Position numbers and translations under genes: made by a program
Notes under the pieces: model-generated
What the model saw: only the letters and a program-made list of their open reading frames with translations
Told to the model about the DNA's origin: nothing
Database searches by the model: none
NCBI GenBank assembly: GCA_003427395.1
Contig: BFEA01000014.1
Coordinates: 5,394,470-5,458,469, forward strand
Origin: Chara braunii
Lineage: Eukaryota > Plantae > Charophyceae
DNA: 64,000 nucleotides
Direction: 5' to 3'
In this document: positions 12,429 through 25,395 of the stretch, one piece after another
Numbering within the stretch: the stretch's first letter is position 1
Layout of the letters: each line of letters starts with the position of its first letter

Positions 12429-13937
12429 TTCCTTTCGTGGGGTATTGGAATCTGGCACGTCCTCCGCAGTCGCCTTGGCCTTCGCTCCTGCATGCAGGTC
12501 TGCCTTGCGCGGCGAATCTGGCATGTCCTCCGCAATCGCCTTGGCCTTCGCTCCTGCATGCAGGTCTGCCTTGCGCGGCTCGGGGTGCGATGCTGTCTTC
12601 TTGAACAACCTCGACGAGAGACCGGTGTGTGCGGGCACAAAGTCGGGATCATGCTGCTGGACGACCAGGATAGAGGCAGACATTTTCATTTCTTTGCCTG
12701 TCAGCACATCACCAATCACGCCCAATTCGTGTGCATCGACACGGTTCGCGTGCTCTGGAACAGGAAGACGCGCAACGATCCGGGAAGGACGCCTACCCCT
12801 CCCAATGATCACAAGGTCGACGCCCTGTGCAGTAGCCAGGTGAATCACCCTTCCAATAACATCGTCGGCCGGCACTTGCTCCACCGAGAACCGCAGCTCG
12901 CCATTGTTCTGCGGCATTTCCTGCATCAGACTGTCTGCGGTAGCCTGGGTGTCGGCGATCGCAGCGTCGTCTTTCGCCAACTCCTCCTCCTCACGCCGGC
13001 GAAGCTCTGCGGGATCGATGGTTTGGAGCTTGCCATGACGATGGTCGTGGCTGCTTCCGGCAGTCCAGTTGAAGAACTGGTAGTGATGTCGGTCATGCGA
13101 CACATTTTCGATACTGCTGCCGCCCGCAACATGCAGAGAAGTATCCTTGGAAGCACTCTCCTTGAACCGCACAACTCTGACGACTGCGTTCGGGCGCTCC
13201 AGCATGCGTCGACCGAGAGCAAGACACTCTCTGTCGTCTTGGCCGCCGAAGAAAAGAATCAAGATGTGATAGGTCACCTCGTTTGACGGAATATGCGACG
13301 AATTGCCGATTCCTCGGTCCACTAGGATTCCAACCGAGCATGGCGCATGTCGCAGGACGTTCCTGTTGACGTGATGGAAGCCTGGGTGTGCAACGTCAAG
13401 CAGTCCATCGAGAGCTGAGTCCTTGTGGAAAGGTACGATGATCATATTGGCCCGCTTTTCCGCAGCAGTACTGCATATATCTTCGTGCATCTGGCTCGTC
13501 GTTGCGATAGCGATCATAGGCCGCACAAGAATCTTTGCGACTCGCCCGTACGCTTGGAACATCGTTCCCACGTTATCGACGCCGTCAATGTTCTTGTTCA
13601 CAAAGGGCTTTCCTTCTTTCCTGGCCTTCGCTACCATCTTGATTGCAGATGAACGCTCCGAATACTCTATCAAATGCAGGAGGTACACTCTCAATGCCTT
13701 CTTTCTCCTTCCCTTGACGAGCTCCGACACGTGAACCATCGAAGCAATGTTGCGAATGCCGTGGACACACATAAACAACCGAATCTCGTCGCTGCCATCA
13801 TCCATGGCGATCCTCCGCCGGTCGTACGCCACCGCCTTTTCCTTGGGAGCCGTAAGTAGGCTGACAATGGGACTCGTCATGAAAGTTGTAATAATTGCCA
13901 TCAGGACCAAAATCGCAAACAGCCGGTTGCCGAGAAC
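12429..13937 (-). CDS. CHX: CHX exon: last TM helix plus C-terminal cytosolic (USP-like) domain
   Basis: Acceptor ggacAG at 13939-13938 joins in frame to give VLGNRLFAILVLMAIITTFMTSP. Motifs LLHLIEYSERSS, MHEDIC, IIVPFHK, VLRHAPCSVGILVDRG, FFGGQDDRECL, ELGVIGDVL, SILVVQQH. If unspliced, it reads to the stop at 12423. Confidence 0.95.
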
Positions 13938-14356
13938 CTGTCCATATAACGAAATCCATGTTGATCAAACAGAGCACGGACGAGTTGAAATTAGTGTTTA
14001 CCNNNNNNNNNNNNNNNNNNNNNNNNNNNNNNNNNNNNNNNNNNNNNNNNNNNNNNNNNNNNNNNNNNNNNNNNNNNNNNNNNNNNNNNNNNNNNNNNNN
14101 NNNNNNNNNNNNNNNNNNNNNNNNNNNNNNNNNNNNNNNNNNNNNNNNNNNNNNNNNNNNNNNNNNNNNNNNNNNNNNNNNNNNNNNNNNNNNNNNNNNN
14201 NNNNNNNNNNNNNNNNNNNNNNNNNNNNNNNNNNNNNNNNNNNNNNNNNNNNNNNNNNNNNNNNNNNNNNNNNNNNNNNNNNNNNNNNNNNNNNNNNNNN
14301 NNNNNNNNNNNNNNNNNNNNNNGTTTGTGACGATATATATATATCATCACAGATAT

Positions 14357-14535
14357 ATGGTAAAGAATTTCGATGTGACCGTGAGGCAAAAGTTGTTCAG
14401 TTTTTTTTTCTGCATAACATAGTTTTTTTTCGGATTTTTTTTTTTTTTTTTTTTTGCTAGGACCGTCGCTGGTCTTTGCATGGCCGGACCGTCCAGGAAA
14501 ATAGGGTGACCCGGGCGGCCCGGCTGGTAGCCTAG
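14357..14535. mobile_element. MITE family C right half (left end not seen, probably in the gap)
   Basis: aagaatttcgat...aaaagttgttcagttt...gacccgggcggcccggctggtagcctag matches about 60485-60653. Confidence 0.75.
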
Positions 14536-15589
14536 GTGTTTACACAGGAGGAAAAAAAAAAAAAAAAAAAAAAAAAGGCTTCAGTCCCTTGACGGGAAAC
14601 AACACTCCATAAACTAGTAGTCACTGACAGGCAATGGCAGACTCTGAGAGGATAACCTAATTAACAGGATAACCTAATTAATGAATTATAGCCTAGGTGA
14701 TGATGAACTACAAAGGCAAGTCCAGTACAAAAGGTACCCTGAATAACAGGAAAAAGTCCCATGACTCATTTGGACCAAAAGCACAAAACGTCCACACAGT
14801 CACAACATCCTGTGATGTAACAGACTGCATCTCACAGAGTGTAGAATCATATCATACCTGCACGGTGCAATGCGCAAAATGCGCGATACACACTTGGCTA
14901 ATTGCACGCGCGCACTCACGCACCGAGGGCACAGGTGCTTGCGACTGCCCCTCAGGCTGATGCATGTGCAGCGTGCAATTTTTCATTATTATTATTATTA
15001 TTTTTATGTATATATGCAGCTCTCGTGCTCGCTTTAGGCTTCGTGAGAAACTCTTCCCTACACGCAAGCGGTGACGTTCTGGCGACAGAACGATGCTTTT
15101 ACTTTCCCCGCCAATTCAAAGATTAGTCTGGACCTCGCTCCACTGCGCGGCTTTCTTTTTTCTCTTTTTTTAAGTTTCTTATGGTTTTCACAACTTCTCA
15201 GATTCAATACAGCCATGATGAGGGTGTCAGACGTCTGACAAGCACAACGGACCCTCATTATGGCTGTATCGGACCTCAAAGATAGCTTGGAAACATTTGG
15301 AATTCTGGGGGGCTGCAAATACACGGTACAATTTTTCTGTGCGCAGGCTGCTGTCATGCACGGCACTGTTTTTTTTTTTTTTTTTTTGTCACTTGATTTT
15401 TTAGCAGGGAGGGTGTGTCCGGCCACATACCCCGCCCCTCTGAGAGCTCTTCCCTGACGCCTATGTTCGGGATGTGATGCATCACCGTGCCCGTGCACAC
15501 ATGCGTGCTGTAGGTATGGTTAGAATCCTTGTTTTTTGTTTTTCTTTTGAAACAACGGCGGACGCGGCATGTTTTGAGTTCCTAAAGGC

Positions 15590-15658
15590 GGGCCTGAGTT
15601 CGAAAAGGCATTCGTAACTCAGGCCGGCGGTGGTGTCAGGGCGGAGGTTTCATTAAGG

Positions 15659-15695
<37 letters not shown>

Positions 15696-16310
15696 GGTCG
15701 GTCGGGCCGCGCTATGCCCTGTCTCTTATACACATCTAGATGTGTATAAGANNNNNNNNNNNNNNNNNNNNNNNNNNNNNNNNNNNNNNNNNNNNNNNNN
15801 NNNNNNNNNNNNNNNNNNNNNNNNNNNNNNNNNNNNNNNNNNNNNNNNNNNNNNNNNNNNNNNNNNNNNNNNNNNNNNNNNNNNNNNNNNNNNNNNNNNN
15901 NNNNNNNNNNNNNNNNNNNNNNNNNNNNNNNNNNNNNNNNNNNNNNNNNNNNNNNNNNNNNNNNNNNNNNNNNNNNNNNNNNNNNNNNNNNNNNNNNNNN
16001 NNNNNNNNNNNNNNNNNNNNNNNNNNNNNNNNNNNNNNNNNNNNNNNNNNNNNNNNNNNNNNNNNNNNNNNNNNNNNNNNNNNNNNNNNNNNNNNNNNNN
16101 NNNNNNNNNNNNNNNNNNNNNNNNNNNNNNNNNNNNNNNNNNNNNNNNNNNNNNNNNNNNNNNNNNNNNNNNNNNNNNNNNNNNNNNNNNNNNNNNNNNN
16201 NNNNNNNNNNNNNNNNNNNNNNNNNNNAAAAAACATAACCGCGTTAATGAATCCTCCGCCCTGACACCACCGCCGACCTGAGTTACGGATGCCTTTCCGA
16301 ACCCAGGCCC
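15590..16310. mobile_element. Probable MITE with ~66-bp inverted arms spanning a gap in the CHX intron
   Basis: gggcctgagttcgaaaaggcattcgtaactcagg...cattaa / reverse complement at 16244-16310, with several mismatches. Confidence 0.6.
15719..15751. other. Nextera mate-pair junction adapter (Tn5 mosaic ends), an assembly contaminant
   Basis: Exact CTGTCTCTTATACACATCT+AGATGTGTATAAGA at a contig edge next to an N-gap. Confidence 0.97.
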
Positions 16311-16989
16311 TGACACAGACGCCGGTGCCTGTTTTTTCTGCCCATTACGAACTCCCATGTGACATAAACGTACTTCCCCCTTTTCTTTTTCCCCTTTTTT
16401 TTCCCAGTTCCGCTTGCATCAAGCAAATAGCATTCTCCCTTCTGCCCCTTTGTGTGTTTTTTCTTCTTCTTCCTCTTCTTCACCATCTCCCTTCTATCCT
16501 GTTCCTGGTTCTGTTGTCCTGATGTGTGAGCTGGTTGATGAGTGACTGGTTTTTGAAGTCAGTTTGTCTTTTCGTCAACTGCAGCCTCTGCCAGGCAAAT
16601 AAGATCCTTTTCTTTTGTGGGGGAGGGAAAAAAAAAAAAAAAAAAAAAAAAGTTGGCAGTGTTGACATCTTGGCAGTCCGCCTCAATCAGCCTCGTATGA
16701 CAAGGCAACCTCGCGGCGGGGGATTTTACGCCACAGGACAAACATAGAACCACCCAGTTCTTTTTGCTGAATCCTTTTAAAAAATATGGCCTGCTTCTCT
16801 ATGACTCAGCGTAGGATAATATTCCATTGGCTCCAGTAAGTTGTGAGGTCTGCTTTTTACCCAGGGTGGTATCTTGCGAGGGGTGATACGAGGATCCGCG
16901 AGTAGCACCGTTGGAAGTAAATTCATGAGGGCATTAACAAAAACGTTGGCTAAGTTAAGTAGCATGATAGGGATATAAATGAAACTTAC

Positions 16990-17969
16990 CCCTTTCTCTC
17001 TTCCGATGTTGAGAACAATCAGCTCGACCAGACCCTTGGTGTTCATGAGCACGCCGAAAACAAACGACTTCTTTGGAGGCAGTTTAGTTAACCGAGCCGC
17101 GACATAAACCCCTCCGACTTTGCCGGCTGTTGCAACGGAGACGACGAGGATGAGAACGCCGACCAGACGCAGAGAATCAATGGAGCCGATTTCCGTTTTC
17201 AGACCAGACGACACGAAATAGAGAGGCAGGAGCAAAGTGCTGGTGAAGTCTTCCACCTTCTCGATCAACGCCCCCGCGAAATGACCGTCTTTAGGAATGA
17301 TCAGACCGAATAGGAATGCGCCGAAAATCGCATGGATCCCGCAGAGGTCCGTCGCAAATGCCGAAGCAAGGCAGAGGAGTAGGGTTATGGCAACAATCTG
17401 CTCAGGGATTGGCTCGTCGGCCGGACAACGCTGCGCTAGTTTCGCCATGAAAGGCTTTACGAGAACGAAGGTTACAAGGCAGAAGAGAAGGCCCATGAGG
17501 AGATCGTAGACGCAAAACACCGGTTTGTCTGAATTGGTAAGCGAAACAGCCAGTGCAAGGAACACCCATGCAACCACGTCTCCGACAGCAGCGGCTGCCA
17601 TAGCCAAACCTCCAACGTCTGTAGTCAGCAACTTGAACTCCGCCAAAATACGAGCGAGGACAGGAAAGGCCGTGATGGACATGGAGACTCCCATGAAAAC
17701 CACAAAGGCGCCGAAGCCAGTGCCAGAGTTCTTTACGATGTCGCCCATGACTTCACCATCATCATACAGAAATTTAGCAACGCCCACTCCTAGCACAAAC
17801 GGTACCGCGATCCCTGCCACCGATATTGCAGCTGTAGCTGCTCCTGCCGTCTTCAAAGACTCCGGATCCAGCTCCAGTCCAACCAGAAATAAGAAAAAGA
17901 TAAGCCCAATGGTAGCAAAGGACTCGAGGACATGCAACGAACTTTTGGGAAAGAGGTGCTCCGTGAAGC
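16990..17969 (-). CDS. CHX: Cation/H+ exchanger (plant CHX, CPA2 family), transmembrane Na_H_Exchanger exon
   Basis: ORF 16777..17985 has CHX motifs (GLIFFLFLVGLELD, SITAFPVLARILAEFKLLTTDVG, GIHAIFGAFLFGL, LLLPLYFVSSGLKT, LMNTKGLVELIVLNIG). Acceptor ttttgtgcAG at 17971-17970; donor GTAAGT begins at 16989 after ...REKG. N-terminal exon(s) not found. Confidence 0.95.
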
Positions 17970-18049
17970 CTGCACAAAACCACACACCAAATCGTACATC
18001 GAACGCACCTCCTTGTCGTTATGGATCCGTACATGGCGGCTCAGACATC

Positions 18050-18297
18050 CCCCTTGCACGCACAGATTCGGAGTCACACGCTTCCACACAAGAGACCCAA
18101 GTGTCTTCACCACTACAGGCCAAGTGTCTTAATCACTACAGCCAGGAAAAAAATAGAAAAAAATAAAAGTATAATTTTAAAAGTAGAACCATACCAGTCC
18201 GTGCATTGTGCCTCAGACCCCCTTCGTGCAGGCACGGATTTGAACCCACGCCCTTGGCCACAAGAACCAAGTTATCTTCACAACTACAGACAGGACA
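18050..18297 (-). mobile_element. Two degenerate tRNA-like SINE heads in tandem, upstream of the first visible CHX exon
   Basis: Related blocks about 18050-18146 and 18219-18297; B-box-like gggttcaaatcc in the second. Confidence 0.4.
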
Positions 18298-18865
18298 TGG
18301 TGTTTAAAAACGGTAACCATACTGGTCGTGACGTCCACCCCGCCCCTTGCAAGGCTGTAGAGTCCACCAGACTCCACAACTCGCACACACCCCACACACA
18401 TCGCTTCAATCAGCATGTAAACCCCACATGGACAAGGTAATCCCCACACACTTCGCTTCAATCAGCATCCCCGCACACTTCGCTTCAATCAGCACGTCAC
18501 CCCTACTGGTACGTTACTTGGTCCCACGGACGGGTCTTAAACTGCTCCCCACGTACAACGTCCAAAAAAAAAAAAAAAAAAAAGAAGGAATGTCACTTCT
18601 CCTTGCGTTTAACTCTGTTGGGGTCGGCGCATTGTCAAGGGGAAAGAAGAATGTGCAAGGAAAATGAGCAGTAGCGAGATGACAATATTCAGATCGCACA
18701 ATCACATTGAAAGCCAGATCGTAACACAGTGTTCAGAAAGTATCATTGCACCAAATTGAATATAACACCAATGGAGAATAGTAGCACTGAAAGCCAATGT
18801 CAATGAGAGCTTGCTCTCGCCACCACCAACAGATGTATCCAGTGATTCCAGTCCCTATCTCCCTA

Positions 18866-19039
18866 CCTGGCGCTCGGCGCCCAGCCTACTCCCTACAAAG
18901 CTACTACTAGCCTACTAATTGACAATGCAACTGTTGACGTCAGCAGCACCCGAAGTACTTGAAGATGTCGCCCATGCACATTGTCAACCATCGCCAATAC
19001 CAGGTCTGTGCCCTCGCATCATCATCCTCATCCTCATCC

Positions 19040-19073
<34 letters not shown>

Positions 19074-19715
19074 TCTCTCTCTCCCTTGACTCTCTCCCAC
19101 GTCTTCCCTTGTAGTACACCCGAAGACCACCCCTGCGCCTCACTGGGCATCCAAGCCCTGCCAGCTATTGAGGCTGGGCTATGGCGCTGCCCTCAGCAGC
19201 GCCCTCCTCCTTGCACGACCACACGTGCTTGCACCTCGCCTCTCAGCACTAGCAGCAGCCCGCGAGCTTCAGCTCCAGCAGCGCTGTCGCCAGCATGCAA
19301 GTGCCCGAATGCCTGGCCAGGCAGCGAGCTCTTTCCTATATGAAAAGAGCCTGCCTCATTTGGCAGCCTGCTTGGACTGGCCTGGGCCCAGAAGCTTCCG
19401 GTAGGCCCCAGGATGCTGCGCCTCTGGTGCAGCTACCAGGCCTCATTCGGTTGGGCCTCGCAACTGTCTGTGTATGAGGCTGCGAATCTCGCCCAGGGCC
19501 TGTGCTTTCGGAAAGGCCTAGAAGGCCTGGGAATTTCCACGCTGCTCGGCCTGTGTTTTCCTTCAACCAACTGGCGCGACGAAACTGCCTGAACCCCAAA
19601 TATGAAATTGACAGACAAGGGCCTCTCCTAATTTGTTTGGACCGCCTTCACTTAGGGCGGGCGCATTTGCTGCAGAGGGCCCCTTAGGCCTTCCGAGGAC
19701 CCATATCCTCGCAAA
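18866..19715 (+). repeat. Unclassified dispersed repeat family D (about 650-850 bp), copy 1
   Basis: Shares ggcgcccagc, aagatgtcgcccatgca and ctttcctatatg(a/g)aaagag with 38068-38750, and matches 21765-22401 in inverted orientation. Confidence 0.7.
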
Positions 19716-21764
19716 TGAGCAATTAATAAAGTAAATGTGGATCCACTCCGATCGACCTTTTTTGGTTGTCATTTCCACAGAAACAATGTGATGGTGGTCC
19801 CCACAGCAGTGGTTATGTGGAGACAGACAACTGATTTCTGGCCTGCTACTGCTTCTGACATGCAGAGCAGAGCAGAGCATTGTGGGGACCACCGCATATA
19901 CTGTTGTTCTCTTTTCCTTTTCCAATTCCATTGCATTTCGACTCCGTTTGTTACTCTTCTCATTGCATTTATTACTATTCTCATTCTTACTTGCAATTCC
20001 ATTGGATTTAAGACCTCGTTTATTGCTATTCTCTTTCTCATTTCATTTATTGCCATTCGTGTTAGAAAATTTTCGATTAGTTAACATGACATTTTCTTAC
20101 AATGGCTCTACGGCTTTGGATTATTGAAGTTCTGTGATCATATTGCTTTCCGATTTGCTGTGATGTTGAGCACAATTGGGCACATGCCACATCCAAAAAT
20201 ACACGGGGGAGAAAAAAAAAAAAAAAAACCAGAAAATGTGAAATACAAGCAAGGAGAGAAAGCTTCAGATAAAGCACNNNNNNNNNNNNNNNNNNNNNNN
20301 NNNNNNNNNNNNNNNNNNNNNNNNNNNNNNNNNNNNNNNNNNNNNNNNNNNNNNNNNNNNNNNNNNNNNNNNNNNNNNNNNNNNNNNNNNNNNNNNNNNN
20401 NNNNNNNNNNNNNNNNNNNNNNNNNNNNNNNNNNNNNNNNNNNNNNNNNNNNNNNNNNNNNNNNNNNNNNNNNNNNNNNNNNNNNNNNNNNNNNNNNNNN
20501 NNNNNNNNNNNNNNNNNNNNNNNNNNNNNNNNNNNNNNNNNNNNNNNNNNNNNNNNNNNNNNNNNNNNNNNNNNNNNNNNNNNNNNNNNNNNNNNNNNNN
20601 NNNNNNNNNNNNNNNNNNNNNNNNNNNNNNNNNNNNNNNNNNNNNNNNNNNNNNNNNNNNNNNNNNNNNNNNNNNNNNNNNNNNNNNNNNNNNNNNNNNN
20701 NNNNNNNNNNNNNNNNNNNNNNNNNNNNNNNNNNNNNNNNNNNNNNNNNNNNNNNNNNNNNNNNNNNNNNNNNNNNNNNNNNNNNNNNNNNNNNNNNNNN
20801 NNNNNNNNNNNNNNNNNNNNNNNNNNNNNNNNNNNNNNNNNNNNNNNNNNNNNNNNNNNNNNNNNNNNNNNNNNNNNNNNNNNNNNNNNNNNNNNNNNNN
20901 NNNNNNNNNNNNNNNNNNNNNNNNNNNNNNNNNNNNNNNNNNNNNNNNNNNNNNNNNNNNNNNNNNNNNNNNNNNNNNNNNNNNNNNNNNNNNNNNNNNN
21001 NNNNNNNNNNNNNNNNNNNNNNNNNNNNNNNNNNNNNNNNNNNNNNNNNNNNNNNNNNNNNNNNNNNNNNNNNNNNNNNNNNNNNNNNNNNNNNNNNNNN
21101 NNNNNNNNNNNNNNNNNNNNNNNNNNNNNNNNNNNNNNNNNNNNNNNGAGAGAGAGAGAGAGAGAGAGAGAAGGACACCATCATTGTACGAGAGAGGCCG
21201 TCAGCACATATATATCACACAAAATGAAAAACAAGAAAAAAGCAAAAAATCAGCACAATGTGATAGTTTCGGTGCAAACTTCGCCGAAGATAACACCCCT
21301 GGTTAACCACATGTTACATATTATTATCATCTTATTATCATATTCTATTATTATTGTATGATAATAATAATTGTAATAATGTAATTGTTATTTTATTATG
21401 ATTTATAATTTATTATTATATCATAATAAGTAAAAGTATTAGTATTATTAATTTACTAATAAGATAATATATTTAGAATATTTCATATTTATATTATTAA
21501 GGTATTTTAAGATATAATAATATTATTATTTCTCATCAATGAATTGTCTCATAGATACACACAAAAAAATATAAAAACATCTCAAAAATAACAAGGAGGA
21601 GGGAATGCGAGGCCACTGCCTCTATGAGCCCGATGGTCGAAGACTGAGCTTCTCAGAGGACTGTTGAAGCTAAGGAGGAGGGAATGCGAGGCCACTGCCT
21701 CTATGAGCCCCGATTCGGCCCCTTTTTGGGAGCCTGTCGGCCGCCCTAAGTGAAGGCAGGCTCG

Positions 21765-22401
21765 ACGAGGCCCTCAAGGCCTTATTCCGGCCTCTGCGCA
21801 ACTAAGGAAATTCAGGCAGTTGCACAGCGCCAGTTGGTTGAGAGAACCCAGGCCCTGGGCCGCCTTTGTGAATGTATGGAAATCAGGCCCTGGGCTGGAT
21901 ACGTGAACTGGGCCGAACACAGGCCAAAGGCAGTTGGGCGCATGCAACCACCTCAGGCCCAAGGCCTGTTCTCAATCGTGTTGGGCCTCAGGCTACCAGG
22001 GCCTACTGGAAGCTTCCTGGGACTGGACGCAGGCAGGCCACTTCAATATAGCAAAGGGCCTGCCTCCGCATTCGGCATTTGGGTGCTGGCTACATGCTGC
22101 GCAAGCGCTGCTGCGCTAATTGCTGGCTGGCGCCTACGCGCTCACAGGTGAGCAGGGAAGGAGCAGGCAGCCATAGCCGAGCTGAGCTGCTGTAAGCTGG
22201 GTGTGGCGCAGGGTGGTCCTTGGGTGCAAGTGGCATCTGTGTGTTGGGGAACGAGGTTAAGAGTAAGGCGAGAGACATACCTGGTGCTGGAAGCGTGCGA
22301 TATTGGTCGTTGTATGCCCGTACTTCGGGAGAGCTGTTGTCATCAACTTCGGCATTGTAGTATAGGCTAGATAGGATCTGCCACATGTAGTCTGGGCGCC
22401 G
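21765..22401 (-). repeat. Dispersed repeat family D, copy 2 (inverted)
   Basis: Reverse-complement homology to copy 1, e.g. gggcctactggaagcttc, gcgcagggtggtc, ctgggcgccg. Confidence 0.7.
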
Positions 22402-24313
22402 ACAGTCAAATACCCAGAGGAACTGACAGGTTTGGACCCTAGAAAACTACGATTCAGACATTATAGATAGGGATACCAGGTCAGTCTTCAAAAATAGCAA
22501 CCAGCATTTACGGGCCAACTTAGACAGTAGTATAAAAGAAAAAAGGACAGATATCGGGGAGAAAATATAATTAGGATCAGATGATAGACAAGAAGTTATC
22601 AAGGATCACTCTAAGAGTTTCAGCACCAAACAGAGGTCAAGAGATGACTCCCAATAGTTCAGGCTAACTTGGGCAGGGGTGAAGGGTGGTATATCCTTCC
22701 TGAGGGAAGTAATCAATGCTGCCCTTCGGACCTCCACACCTTAAGGGGGAGTGGCATGAGTGAGTGCTGAAAAAAAAAAGAAAAAAGGATGCGGATATTG
22801 GATATCGAGTGGGGATTTAGGGTTTAGGGTTTTAGTGGTACCAGAAAAGGGGGGTGGGTAAGACGAGTTAGGGCTGATTAGGGCTCATGGATTGGATGGA
22901 TAAGGGGGAATAGGCTCGATAGCTTGACAATGGGCATCCTCTTTCTTGATAAGATAGAACTATTTGACAGAGCTGGTGGCCGGGTCTGAGAGGAAAGAGC
23001 GAAGTATGGCAAGCTGGCAGTTATTCCTCCATCAAGTGGAGCAATCAATGCTGCACAGGGGTCCTTCGGCCAGACGGAAGGAAGCGGGAGTGTGTCTCAA
23101 TGTAACATATATTTTGACTTGCCGGTGGAATAGGAACCGGACTGACGCTCCCCAGAATAGAAGGAGCCAGGACCATAAGGCCCTGTTTAAAATTAAAAAA
23201 AAAAAAATAAAAAAAAAATCATGGTACATGACTAAGTTCCAAGTACAAATTTAGAGGAGAGAGGGGAAGCAAGACCTCCATTTGAGAGATCTAGTTTGTT
23301 ACTAATGAGAGGATGCGACGAACTCAGACTGCCGTCAAATGTTTGTCCCTCGAGAATGTGAGATACATCCACAGTGAGTGCGACGCACCGTGCCGGTGCC
23401 GATTTGTCATACATCGAGTGACATGGACCTTGAACACTGAAGGGCTCTGCCGCCAAAGAGTAGACTGCACGCAAGGAATCAACTGAGTCCAGCAGTGCGG
23501 CTCGAACTGAGGTCTTTACTCAGTGTGACACTGTTATAAACTGGACCACTGGCAGGTGCAGTTCTGGACATGGGGTGACATCACTGAGTCCTGTGCGCTC
23601 CGAACCAAGTCCAGTTCGTGCTGGGAAGTACATCAACTGAGTCCAGAACGGTTAAAACTGAGGTCGAGGTCGTTGAGCAATGCATTTCGAAGACTCTCTC
23701 GTCAACTCCTGGGAAGTACATACGTAGTCCCCCCCCCTCCTCCTCCACCGCTTGTTTTTCTAGGGTCACCGTCACAGTGACGATCTTGAGATACCATCTT
23801 CAGACTGTCCGAGCCTGGCAGGTGAATTCAAGAGTTGTTTTACGCATCTAAGTCGCCAGTGGGATTCAAACTCGGGTCTGTATTTCAAAGGTCCATGGGT
23901 GTACTACCAGTCGGCCCGTTGGTAGTACATGTGTGGGTGCACCAGATCTCAACCTCACCTTTTCACCTGTCCTTGACGAGCAGAAGAAAGGAACAGTGTC
24001 ACAGGTCTTTTTCCATTTTCGGGGCGGCCGGGGGGAGGGTGGCGGAGTACCCCTCCAAGACATGCCTTTTCTGAGAGGAAGACTTAGTCTCCGGCAACAG
24101 CAATTCATCACCCTTAGTCTACCAGAAATGTGCATGGGGAAAAAAAGAAAAAGAAAAAGAAAAAGAAGGAAAGAGAGAAAGAAAGAAATGTGCATGGCAC
24201 TGCATGCCCATGCAGCGCAAACTAGGAGGCTGGGACCACAGCCACTGCAGAAATCCTGGACAGCAGAGAGAACACACTGAATCAGATTCCCGTTGAGAGG
24301 AGAAGCATGTATG

Positions 24314-24425
24314 CTACCATCTTCACCAGAATAGAACGCCCTGTCGTTATAACCCATGTATTTAGCGCAACTTTCGTTCTGGATACAGTTATAATGACCA
24401 GGTGTTCTTTTCGGGGGTGAAGAAG
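24314..24425. mobile_element. MITE family A copy (diverged)
   Basis: ctaccatcttcaccagaatagaacgccc...gttcttttcgggggtgaaga. Confidence 0.75.
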
Positions 24426-24798
24426 CCATGCAGGCTGATCAGGTTGGTGTGGCAACAGAGACCGCATGCGCACAGAAAAAACAGACACAGTCAGGACCCC
24501 TAAATGAACAGCATGGGTAGAAGGATGGACATAATGATGATTGGCAGACACAAAGACAGACCGAGATAGAGAGGCGGTTCCCACCAAAAAAAAGGAAAAA
24601 AAACGGCGATGGAGACTATCAGAGAGTCAAGAAGGGACTGAACCAAATAGGGACTGAAACGCACGTATGACAAAACAGATAGGGCCCGAAACGCGCGTTT
24701 GGCTCCGGGTTGGTCTGCTGGCCCCGGTGTTTCAGATAGGACGATCAGTGACACCCCAAATAGGGACTGAAACACAAGTATTGCGGAGGGCACGTTCG

Positions 24799-24868
<70 letters not shown>

Positions 24869-25251
24869 GGACACACACAGGGAAGCAGCAGCTGAGTGAA
24901 GGTCCAGTCCGCCTCCATGAAAGAACGAATGAACAATTGAATGAACCAACCTACCGCCCTGGGCCTAGGCCAAAGTGATATACCGGCCTCGGTTCAGGTA
25001 CGGAACAACCTGGTACCGACCAGGGTCAAGCCGACAGCCTGAAACTGGTCCGGCCTCACTGCCGGGCTGTAGGGGTACCGCTACATGATCCTCGGACCTG
25101 TGAATGGATCAAGCGATACATCAAACACGCCATCCGCTGAAATAGCAGAAACCCAAAAGGAACGGCAAAAGAAACAATCCTAGATGCGGAGCAGGCTCCA
25201 TGCAAGAAAAGGGATGCAATGCAGACTAAGCCTCAAGCTTTATCTATACAA

Positions 25252-25395
25252 CAATGTCTGGTCTGTATCGACCCAAAAAAGTAGAAAAATGTCTGACCTG
25301 TGTCGACCAAGAAAGAGAAAAATGTCTGACCTGTGTCGGCCAAGAAAGAGAAAAATGTCTGACTTGTGTCGGCCAAGGAAGAGAAAAAATGTCTC
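25252..25395. repeat. 33-bp tandem repeat, about 4 copies
   Basis: aaaatgtctgacctgtgtcggccaagaaagaga. Confidence 0.9.

Noticed and set aside
12153-13286. 377-aa plus-strand ORF
   Set aside because: Antisense shadow of the CHX exon with no recognisable motifs.
15719-15751. Tn5/IS50 ends as a horizontally transferred bacterial transposon
   Set aside because: Back-to-back mosaic ends are the Nextera junction adapter.
22743-22756. Polypurine tract plus TG (aagggggagtgg) as an LTR start
   Set aside because: Wrong strand for the chromovirus, and no matching second LTR or upstream pol remnant was recognised.
22816-22834. Telomeric TTTAGGG repeats
   Set aside because: Only 2-3 units, too short to call an interstitial telomere.
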